This document shows positions 53,469 to 64,000 of a stretch of DNA of 64,000 bases, one piece after another. The first letter of the stretch is position 1, and every line of letters begins with the position of its first letter. The translations under genes were made by a program, and so were the position numbers. The notes under the pieces were generated by a model that saw only the letters and a program-made list of their open reading frames with translations, searched no databases and was not told where the DNA came from. The DNA is from Haplodiscus bocki (Eukaryota), in assembly GCA_965655095.1 (NCBI GenBank), contig OZ296649.1:148738001-148802000 (forward strand). Reading direction: 5' to 3'.

Positions 53469-55979
53469 TAAGCAATGTGTGGAACAGTGGGTTGTGATGC
53501 AAGTTTCGACTCCGAGCGAACTTTTCTCATGGATTCATTGGCGAAAATTGTCAAAAGAGGTTTCGTTAACCTTTGCCGACCTTTCAAAGACTTTTCCGGT
53601 TGCACAAACAATAAAAGTAAACTGGGCTTTGTGGTGCCCACTGGATTGTCTCGGGAAGCAGTCGCGAGCTTTTTGGGGTACGCTCGGTTTTAGATAGGTG
53701 GTGTGGCCAGAGTACTATAGGCGTAGAGCAATTTTTCAATTGTTTTTGCCCTTTGCGATAATTTTATTGAGTCTCTCATCACCTGGACAGTTGCCTCAAG
53801 TATATGTCTACTATTATCTTTCAGCCTCTCCTGAGTGCCCATGTGACCTCAGGGTTGCGCCAAAATATTTTAGTCGAGTTTTCTGAGAAAACTCGTCGAG
53901 AAAACACGGCTTTTCGGGAAAATTTTTGTTCGATTCGTATTTCTTTACTTAACGCCTTAGTTGTCCACTTTTGGAACCTTGCTGCTCTCGGAAGGCATTT
54001 GCCAAACAGCGGCTGGCTTTCACGACTTTTGAGATGACAAAATTTTCTTTTTCAGCTAAATTTTGAAGTTAGGATAGTTACCTTCAACCTCCCCTGTTAT
54101 CTCTATTGGTTGTTCTCTGCCTAACCTCTCCGGATTTTGCTACACGCTCTATGGCATTGCATAAGCATGTTGTCAGCGATGTAATAAAGAGGTTGAGTAG
54201 CTTCGCGAGCCTTGCGCTAAGCATCTTAGCGCTTATGTTTTAAATACTTTCAGACAAATATACCAACTACTGATTAATTTCGTAGTTCCCCCAGCCCCAA
54301 GTGTATCTACCAGAATGTTTGAAAATACTGTTGCAGAAATTTTAGTGTAAAAACCTTGTTTAAAAAAACCACAAATCCAAAAATGTACCAAGAGCAGGGA
54401 TTGGCGACCAGCGAGAGCTCTGACTTTCAGGTTTACCGGCTTGTTTTGAGTCAGCGCTTTCCATTAAGTAAAAGTGCCCGACTATTACAGTGGCTATTTG
54501 TTTTCACCCTGCATTCGACAGAATGAAGTGATTTCCTGTACTCCGAAAGAATGATGAAAAACGCCATTTTCTACAACCAACACAACAAGTGCACAGTTTT
54601 TCGTCAAAAATTGCGATACCCCTTCCGTTGCCACACCTAAAGCCTTGGAAAACCATAATTTTTAGAACACCAAAAGATCGACCTCACGATTTTTTCGGCA
54701 GTGTAAGACAATTCTTTTGCCAAAAAGTTTTCTTGGAAAAAGCCAAAACACTTTCGAAACATCAAACTCTCCCGCAAAAGTATATTGAGGCCTACAAGCA
54801 GCACCGACGTGTGCCTGTCCAGACTTGTTCATTAAATTGACCAGAAGTAGCATATCCAATCACATGGTGACCGAGATGGAATTTCAGTCAATCATGTTTT
54901 TGACAAATTTTACTACAGAGAGCCAGCCCTCCTTAGAAGGGTTGTTCTAAACTTTCATCCTTTTACAATCTTTTATAAAACGCCCGAGAGCTGACTTGAG
55001 CAACAACCAGTAGTTTAATTTCTTCCTAATTTTTCAAAAGCTTCTTTTCGATTGAAAGGGAATCAAGAAAATTTTTGAAATTCGATTTTTTTTGAAGAAC
55101 TTGATTTGATACATGAGCATTTTTTATCATTACTGGCAAATAAATGTTTAAGCGGGGCAACGATAATTTTAGATCAAAAACCTCTTGTCTCAGGTTCCAT
55201 CTATAGATAAAAAAAGACTAGAAAATTCGAAAACTTCGCACTTCTAAAATTTTTTCAACTTTAACTGGGCCATTGTGCCATATAATTGGCCCACACCGTT
55301 TTTCCAACAAAGATGTAATATTTCTAGATTGAAACAATAACTCGAGCTGCTAATTATTGCGTGTCTAGTTCCCATGTGTATCGGTGTTTTAAAGCAAGAA
55401 ACAATTAGTGCAGTGCTGCCACAATTCCTTTTTAAGAGGGTTAGAATTGATTTTAAAAAATTTACAACTTTACACTAAAACTTTATTAATCTATTTCTGA
55501 GCTTATGTTTCCATAAGCGCATTTCAGCTGCAGTACATGCTAGGGACAACTTTAGTGCGTCAAAAAGCCAAATTGTATTTCTCTGCTTTTGCCAGCCCCA
55601 GTGCAGCGAGCTACCCCAAGGGCCCCGAAGCAACGGGTCCGAAAAAAAAATCAAAATTCTCAAGAAACGGACGCGAGAACACCCGTTCTCAAACAAGCGA
55701 AATGAAAGCTTACCATTAGACTTTCTCATTCAGCTGCAGGCTATTGAGCGAAATTTTTCGAAATTTTCCAATTTTCCTCCAACTTTTCAATTTTCGGAAA
55801 AACGCTGGTCCCGTTAAGTTTAAACTTGAAGGAATCATTAAACTCAAAATAGGCACCTTCGGCGCTTGCCTATTGAAACATTAAAACGGCATATAATTAG
55901 AAAATTGTCCTAAGGACTCTACTTGTTACTTTCATATAACTTTTAGGTGATAAGTAAATCTAATGTTAAAATAAAAGAC

Positions 55980-56830
55980 TTCGAAAATGATAAAGGATGG
56001 ACAAAATAGCTAAAATCACACCAACTTTCTCTCTCAAAAACTTGCAAAACTTATCAAGTCGTGTAATGTAGTCTACTTGTTAATCCCATGCAACCTTTAG
56101 GTGATTTGGCAGCTTAGGAACCAAGATATAGTAATTCGAATATCACTGAGTTCCGGAAAAAAGCCGACATCACTTGCACTTTCGAGTTTCTTCTCAAAAA
56201 CTTATCGAAAAATTTTTGTACCACAACCAAATATCTTAGTCAGCGATTCCGAGCTATCTGAACTATTTGGGTTACATAGCGTTCAAGCTGCAAGACACAG
56301 AGTTTCAAATATAATAGAGACCAAATAGTCAAAATGATCTGCACTCTCTAGTTTCTTCACCAAAAACCTATCAAAACAAAAAACAACAGGCGAATTTTCA
56401 CGTTTTATTTCTCAAAACAACCAATCGAGAACTTTTGTACAGCAAATAAAAACTTATTTCTTTAATCGCAGTCCTTTATTAATCTTCTGCAACACTTACG
56501 TTATATGGATGCCTACGGTCCAAGATAAAGAAGTTGAAAGACTTCGAAAACGAAATATCGCCGAGACTGCCAAAATCAGCTCAATTTTCGAGTAACTTTC
56601 CCACTGAAACCTAGCAAAAGAAAGTTTCTACCGCAACCAATATTTGGCACACCATTGATCAAACTCTTTTTAAATTTCTGTCCAATATTTCGGCTAAATC
56701 AATGCCAAGGTGCTGATATAGGCTACTTCAAATATGGAAAAATACCCACAAAAAAATCAGCTCGATTTTTATGTTTCTTTCCTAATGACATCTACAGAGA
56801 AAATTGGTTAGCAATAAAAATTCAACTCAA
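55980..56830. repeat. Highly degenerate tandem repeat, ~160-240 bp spacing
   Basis: AAAATCA.CT..A.TTT..AGTTTCTT...AAAAC.TATC...TACC.CAACCAA motif at ~56012, 56168, 56332, 56572 and 56754. Confidence 0.5.
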
Positions 56831-59170
56831 TTTCCTCGATAGTCCCAGCAAAATTCAAGTACGGGAAAAAACCCGCACAAAAATACTTGGAAAATAAGAA
56901 TTAACATTAGAACTTCCTATTTTTCGAAGGACTTTTTTGGAAGTTTCGGAGAAGTTTCATTCCAGTAACGGCCAATCAGCATCGAACGTGAGAACGTTAC
57001 AGTAACCACGTGTACGTAATATAACAACTATAAAAGGTAATGGTAATATAATGAGAAACGGATGTTACAACAGAGCAGTCTGTGGAGGCACATCATATTC
57101 ACCTATGCAAATCTGGTTAGAAACGGTCTTGTTTTAATGGAATCTTCAACTTGTTTTGATGATAAAAATAGGCCCCTGGCGAAACTCGAACATTGAAATA
57201 CAAAAACTGAAAACCCCACTTCAGGCTTCCAAAAAAATGGCGTCCTGGGACGCGAGAATGATCTTTTGGTTCAAAAAAAGAGATCCTAAAACAACAACTG
57301 AAGCTTGAAACAATTGTTGAAATGGGGATCTGTATTTTTTGCAAGTTCGTTCTTATACTACGTCATGCAATTACAGTTCAATAACTGATTTAGAGAAGCT
57401 GATGTTTCGAATATACGGCGCAATTAGTCCCTTCGGCTCCTCAAATTCGTTTCTCTCAAATTTTGCGAAAACTTCGAGAAAAACGGCAAATACATTAAGT
57501 TGTGTCACGTTCTAATTAACTTGATAAGTATGCAGACAAAAGCAGAACTGCAACACGGAAGAAAAAGCGGAAAAAGGCCCAGGTATCTATTTTTGGTCAT
57601 CTTCAAAGCACTCATAATCTCTATCAATATGAATCTTGAGAAATCCTCTAAATTAAGCAAAGATGTGTCTGTGCATTGATTTGATAAAAACTAGTGGCTA
57701 GAAAGTTCATCCAGAAGTAAAAAAGCCCAAATACAGGATTAATCGCGAAATTAGCAATTTTTGGCCTAACTTAAGGCACCATAAAAACGCCGACTTTTAC
57801 AAATGAAGGGGAAAACTCACAAAAACTATCCTGTTGCATTGACTCATTCTAAATTTGTAGCCAGAAGTTGATTAGGCCGGCAAAAAAGCAATGAATGATA
57901 AATTTCGCTCATCTAAACTGATTTTTAGACTATTAAAGGTAAAAGTATAGACAAAAGTTTAAGAATTCCGTTGAAAGCTCAAAATAAATCCCTTTGTATA
58001 GAATTGAGCAGGCTAGGCTGCATAGAAGAGAAGCTGATTTGAAAAACAAAATAGCAACTCACTTTTCGTAGCCGTGAATGCTACGAATGAAATTTCTCTA
58101 AGGAAGTATCTCAATTCACGTTAAAACCAGCCTAAATTAGTTTTACCGCAACAACTTTTACTGCACTTTTAGTCAAAGAGCAGATTTGGATCGCCAAACA
58201 TCGAAAATTCCGTACAATTATATTTTTATTTCACTCTGAAACCCGGAAACATCAATAGTCAACTAGGTAAAAAGTTAATATTTGAAAGGCTCGCTTTATT
58301 TTTTATATATTTATGCTTTTGTGTTGTTTTAGTTTTGATCCATAAATAGATGGTTGATGTCAAGAGAAAGGTTCCAGAATTCAAAAAATCGCAAAATTTG
58401 CTACTCTCAGCCTGCTGTGAAACAGTACAAACATCCTTTTTCAGCAAAGTTTTCGAATTGTGGAAAAACGCTTCAAAAATCAGCAAATTGTATGATAATA
58501 TTCCAGATGCGTAACTAAAATATAATCGAGAAGGCAGAAAAAATTCTGGAAAACTGTTAGGACTTTTACTGAATTGGAAAACAAGAAAAAAAATCTTCTC
58601 GGCAAAAAAGGGACTCTCATCAAAAACTATGTTTGTCGGAATTTGGGTACATTCAGTGCAAAGAGTTTTTTGGCACGCAAACAATTGAAACATAGGGCGA
58701 AAGTCGTTAAATTACTTTTTATTTTACAATCGAAAATTTTCTTTTTGTGCAGCACAAAGGTGCAGCTTTTTCCCAAAACTGTACATTCATACTAATTTGA
58801 GTAGATTTTGCACAGAAAATTGTTCTGTTAGGCATAAATTGCACAAACCGAAAACCGGGCAAAACTAGCAATTTATGACAACTTTCAGCAAATGTATTAA
58901 AAATTGCAAAAATGTGTTTCTTTTGATTTATATTACTCCTATGTAAAAGGGTAACATTTTCGATAGGCAGACTTAAAAACAAAAAATCGAAATGATGAAT
59001 TTGGCGGGAAATTTCCAACTAAGCGGAACCAAGTAAATGAGGCAGAAGTGTCTGATTTCGCAATGTCCTCAATGAAAAAAAAGGTCAACGTCGTACTTAA
59101 ATCTTTCATCTTCGGCTTCGGTAATGAAAAGAGAAAAATGTTCGAGTAAAAATTATTACAAATTTAAAGG

Positions 59171-60305
59171 GGAAGCGAGACAAAACCGCGGATTTTGGAG
59201 TGAGACAAAACCACCGACTTTGAAAACGAGACAAAATCGCCAATTTTGATTGAGACAAAACCGCCGATTTTAAAGTGGGACAAAACCGCCGCTTTGTTAT
59301 TATACAGATCGCTAGTCTTTGCAAAGATAAAAGTTGTTCAAGATAAAAGCGTCTTGGCCTAATTACGGCTAATTAGCAATTAAATTACCATTATACTAAA
59401 GAAATGGTTTTAACTATGAAACCCAAAATAACCAAGCCCAAAATACCCAAAGTTGAAAAAATTTTGACCAAAATTTGAATTTTTGTAAGAAGTGAAGGTT
59501 AAAAATCTGGACGGCCAGGAACAGAAAATTATGAAAATTGATAATCCTAATATCTGTAAATTAAATTTTCTGTCACCTAAGGGGTTCCACCCCAAAATAC
59601 CCAAGCCCGAAATACTCAAAAGCCCAAAATACCCAAGGCCCAATTACTCAAGGCCAAAATACCCAAGATTGAAACAACGATACCAATTAAATAACTAAAA
59701 GCGTCTTAACGTCAAAAGTACAAAAAATACTTCAATGCTTGGGTATTTTGGGACTTTGAGTATTTTGGCGTCGGGCATTTTGGGCTTGGGTATTTTTAGT
59801 TTGGGTATTTTGTCCTGCCACCCACTTAAGGAAATGCCAATGAAACTGGAAAACTACTACAAAAACAACCAATTTTAATTTTTGCGTTATATAATTTTCT
59901 AATTTTTTTTTGATACTCAATTGCATGAACTGAAAATATCCGAAAAGACCGTTTCTGAATTTTTAGGGAATGGCGTTTTTATTAGCCGCAAAAATTAGGA
60001 AATTGCATTTAGCTAGTAGTATCTCTGTTTCTAATAGTAATTGGTAATCTAATTGCTAATTATCGATAATTAGGCCAAGACGCTTTTATCAGAGAAACAA
60101 CTTTGATGGCAATTTGTTCTCTTCTACAAAATCGGCCGTCTTGTCCCACTTTAAAATCGGCGGTTTTGTGCCACTTTAAAATCGGTGATTTTGTCTCATT
60201 TTCGAGATCGGCGGTTTTGTCTCATTTTCCAGATCGGCTGTTTTGTCTCATTTTCGAAATCGGCGGTTTTGTCTCATTTAAAATCGGTTTTTTTGTCCTG
60301 CCCCC
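59171..60305. mobile_element. Mutator-like foldback element with ~24 bp subterminal tandem repeats
   Basis: Termini GGAAGCGAGACAAAA and TTTTGTCCTGCCCCC. Arrays of GAGACAAAACCGCCGATTT in inverted orientation, plus an inner IR GATAAAAGCGTCTTGGCCTAATTA. 9 bp TSD ATTTAAAGG at 59162-59170 and 60306-60314. Confidence 0.82.
59583..59822. mobile_element. Small Mutator-like foldback MITE nested in the previous element
   Basis: Inverted arrays of ~15 bp CCCAAAATACCCAAG; termini GGT...ACC. 9 bp TSD CACCTAAGG (59574-59582) and CACTTAAGG (59823-59831), one mismatch. Confidence 0.75.
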
Positions 60306-60636
60306 ATTTAAAGGATCATTTATACTATCTATCCTTCACGTAATCCTTTAATGGTTGTAAATCACTGCGTTTTGCCATATCGACAATGAGTGCACGCTCA
60401 AGAATTTCACTGCACCAATATTTCACGTTTACTGCAGAATGCGTAGAAAATGCTAGAATTTCCCAGGAAAGCTTTTAGGCCGAAATTTAAGGTTGTTTCC
60501 GGGAACCTGATTTTTTCTTAGTTTGAAAATGTATCGATTTCGTCGACATTGAGTGGCGGAAAATATCCCGGAGTTTGCTGTGCATCTAGTTATGAAATAA
60601 ATGAGAGCTGTCCTCAGCAACACTTGTCTCACACAC

Positions 60637-60879
60637 CTGTATTTGTCCCTCCCACCATCCACTGTCCAGTTTCTTCTTGACAATGATGACGTCACCGACT
60701 GACAGATTCAACTGCTCGGGACTGTCTCCGTGGAACTCTGCTATCACGGAGGCCAGCTCCTGTCCAGGCTTTCCTGTTCCAGCACCTGCATCCGAGACTG
60801 TGGGCAGAGTCAACGTCTGAGGAGTTGTTGCTGCTTGAGATAAACCAGTTGCACTTGATGCCGCCATAGTCGGGAATGT
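60637..60879 (-). CDS. ITSN: Internal 243 nt exon of intersectin-like gene (linker plus first half of SH3D)
   Basis: Acceptor ttccatttcag|ACA at 60880/60879 and donor CAG|gtgtgt at 60637/60636. Encodes ...GKPGQELASVIAEFHGDSPEQLNLSVGDVIIVKKKLDSGWWEGQIQ, which joins in frame to GEKKKGWFPGDYVRL. This resembles intersectin SH3D (PEQLxL...WWEGELQ...GWFPANYVKL). Confidence 0.85.
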
Positions 60880-63800
60880 CTGAAATGGAACAACAGAGGA
60901 GAAACATTCATGAGCCTAAAGATTTATAAATAAATAAATAGTGGAATAGTTCAAGCGAACGATTTTCTGGAATAGTTATGTACCTTCACTATTGCATTTC
61001 CTTTCAGGTTCATTGGATGTTCAAGCGGCATACATTTCGCATTGAGGAATCGAAGACAATATAAAACATCCCAGAACAATAAAGTACCAGAAACTTGCAA
61101 CTACTGCAAAATTTCTAAACTAGAAAATCGTGACAAACGCAATGTATACAAAATTAAATCCATTTGGAGTCATTTTTTTGAACTACCTTTCTGTCAAAAA
61201 AAAGTGAAAGCTGAGCCCGTCTTGGTTTTTCAACACAATGTAACCATGACATACAATGTCACTTGTCAACTTCCGTTATCTCCAATAAAAGTCAAGATAA
61301 ATATCAGCTGAGTGATAGCCAAAAATTGAGTCAAAGGACGAATTAAAAGCTCAATTGTACAAAAGATAGCTTTTTCCCATTTATCACTTACGCCACCGCT
61401 TATGCAAGTCAAGTACACTTTTTCCGCTTATCACTTATGAAGAGAATATGAGAACTGAAGAGGTCAATTATTCACGAAATAACTTTCATAAATAAATTTT
61501 TAGAACTATATTATACAGATTGCTTTGCTTTTCGCTTAAAATGCGTCTGCGAGACAGATGCTCCGATGCTCCCGAAGGATTTGCAGAAATTATGCCTCTG
61601 GCGGTCTCGAATGACAAAGCATATGAATCTAGGAAGGTCAATAAGTAAGAATAATTTGTTTCCCTTGATCCCAGTACTTCCCAAGTTCACCCATTGAATT
61701 GATCTCACAGTTTATGCCATCCTCTTCCGAAACCAAATGTTCACATCAGTACTTTGATTTGAAACGGGACATTCTCCAGATTTACTTTCGCTTCTACTTT
61801 ACACTAATACTTTTAAGGGATTCTCGGAGAATGCCTCCTGCGCCATGCGCTCAACTAGTTACTGTGCCACCAGTTCTCGGCAAAATTTTTGCAATGAAAT
61901 TTAGTTAATGTTTTCCGAAGATATGATTTAGCAGAGAAAAAATGGAAAACACATTTGTCCGTAATAATTATGTAGGCGAGACTGCAGCGTTCTGTGTACA
62001 TTCGCCGGGGTTTGATATTTTATTATCCGCCTGAAAAACAAATAGTTTATGCTTCAGGCAGTCCATTTTGGTGCGAAAAGGATTTTCGTATAAATTGATT
62101 GCACTTTTCAGCTTTCTCAGACTATCAGGTCGCTGATAGAAAGAAAAACTTTGATATGGCAAGACATCCGATTCATAGTAACAGAGAAAATTTAGTGCAA
62201 ATAACGAGAATTAAAAATTTTAACTTTCTGTCATCTGGATTCTGAAGCAATAAAAAAACGCTCCATGGCGTTTTCAACAAAGGTTCTACAAAAAGCAAGG
62301 TTCCGAATACAAACTTGATGCAAGAAATACAGTATATAGCTCGGTAAATTGTATTTTGACAAACGAAAAGGAAACTCATGACGAATATCACCCAATGGCA
62401 CTTTTCGACTATCAGGACGAAGAGCAAAACAGTCAATATGATTTCTGAAAAATGAGCCACCCATAAGAGGCTGCCGACTGCATCCACGGAAGAAATACAG
62501 CCGGTAGATTTGGACAAAAGATATTCCACTTATCGAGAAAAAAGCGATTATTTCATTCTTTTTGAAATTTTGACCTATCAGGATTCCAAAGCAAGGACGT
62601 CCATCCATTCTTATAGAACAAGGCTCCAAAATTAAAAAGCTGTCTATTGAGAGCTTGATGGAAGAAATAGATCACTTACACTGACAGAAACTTTGTAGGC
62701 ACTTGTGGCCCACCAGAATTCTGATGGAAGGAAGGAAGGAAACCATCGATACTTTCCAAATAAACATCTACAATAGGAAACTGCCGATCAGCACCCTAAT
62801 GGCAAAAATTGCAGACTTTAGTTTTCTAGAAAATATATTTTTTGTTAGAAAAAACCACGAATAATTGCATTTCTACAACACGAACCCCAAGCAGGAAAAA
62901 CAGTCCATTATTTTGCTATGGAAAAACTTTCTACATACAAAATGCTGCCATTTTAGACCGCCTTAAAACAAAATCACCCCGTACTTCGGCAGAAAAGTGA
63001 GTTTAAGAGAAAAATTAACACCTAGCATTTTTGACACATTATGATTCTGATGAAGAGAACAAAACAGTCAATCTTATTTTCCAATAACAATCTCAGAAAG
63101 AAAAACTTAACTGAGATCGTAATGCAAGAAGTTCAGCACATCCTTTCGCACAAAATTGAGTTTGAAAAGCAAGCAGAGACGACAATTTTTACTTTTTGGC
63201 ATTCTCGGACTATACGGGATTCCGCAACAAAGTGCTCTCAAAAACATATTTTAGAAATGTATCTTTTGCGAGTTTAGATCCAGAAAAATACTAGAAGAAA
63301 GACGATCGAAGAGAATCTCAAGGAAAACTGCAATAGTTTGACATGAAAGTTAATGTTAATGGGAAAATTCCAGAAGTAAAAAATTTCTTCGCAAATTTAT
63401 AAGGGGAAGAGCTCTTTCAGTTGGGTGGAAATAGGGAGAATTTCCGAGCAGGGAAACGAATACGTCAAACAACCCTAAATATTTAAAAACCTTTTACTTG
63501 GGACAAGAAGTTATCAAAAATGTGTTAAAAGTTTATAAGTAGACATTAAGGACCGCAGTCATCGCGTATAGGTTAAAAGAAGCAGGGCATAAAATGGAAG
63601 GAAGAGAGCAGGCAAGCATTGGTGGCACAAATGTAGTTACAAGGACGTGAGGCAGAAGTGTCAAAATTCAGTTATGTCCTGTCTAGAAGAATGTCAGCGT
63701 TGTCCCGATAATATCTTTCGCGTTCGATATTAAAAAAATGTCGAATGGCATATTTCGGAAGACTTCAGGGTATCGAGGCCAAAAAACTTCAAGATCAACA

Positions 63801-64000
63801 TTGTGTGAGCATCGTATTCGTGAATATAAAACGGTTATTGTGTCCGCTTATTGAATGAAATTTTTGCCTACCACCCTTCGCTTATTTGATGCTTCCCTAC
63901 GCTTCAGCGGTCAATAATACACTGGTGTGTGTGAATCAGAATGAAAGTAAGTACAGATTAAATTAAGTACTTGGATGACTTCTACAAAGTTGGATGGGAA

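Larger units (their letters stand above)
35609..60636 (-). other. ~25 kb GT-AG intron splitting one SH3 domain
   Basis: Phase-0 donor at 60636 and acceptor at 35609. The two SH3 halves join without a gap, and no intervening exon was seen. Confidence 0.75.

Noticed and set aside
60880-64000. Further upstream intersectin exons
   Set aside because: No SH3, EH or coiled-coil-like frame with credible splice sites was recognised; a small exon could have been missed.

Overview
AT-rich animal genomic DNA (GT-AG introns, eukaryotic transposons). (1) Bases 1-~28,990 are a head-to-tail satellite array of about 20.5 units of ~1.41 kb. Each unit is a diverged dimer of ~705 bp halves and appears to be built from eight ~177 bp monomers, like a centromeric higher-order repeat. 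The array contains blocks of recent near-identical duplication. (2) On the minus strand lie the last three coding exons of an intersectin/Dap160-like gene (60879-60637, 35608-35503, 32783-32608). They encode the last two SH3 domains, with splice sites and phases that match by eye. (3) The 25 kb intron holds an 8.4 kb decayed Polinton/Maverick (35967-44372) with an AGTAGT terminus, TIRs and a GGTGCT 6 bp TSD. It retains remnants of a packaging ATPase, a retroviral-like integrase, the zinc-finger/pPolB N-terminus and small ORFs, and is itself interrupted by LINE pieces and a (CAA)n tract. The same intron has nested Mutator-like foldback elements with 9 bp TSDs, tRNA-derived heads and degenerate ~175 bp satellite patches. 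(4) The last intron is mostly a ~2.1 kb palindrome made of three Tc1/mariner-type MITEs. All calls are by eye; no database searches were run, and identities are estimates.
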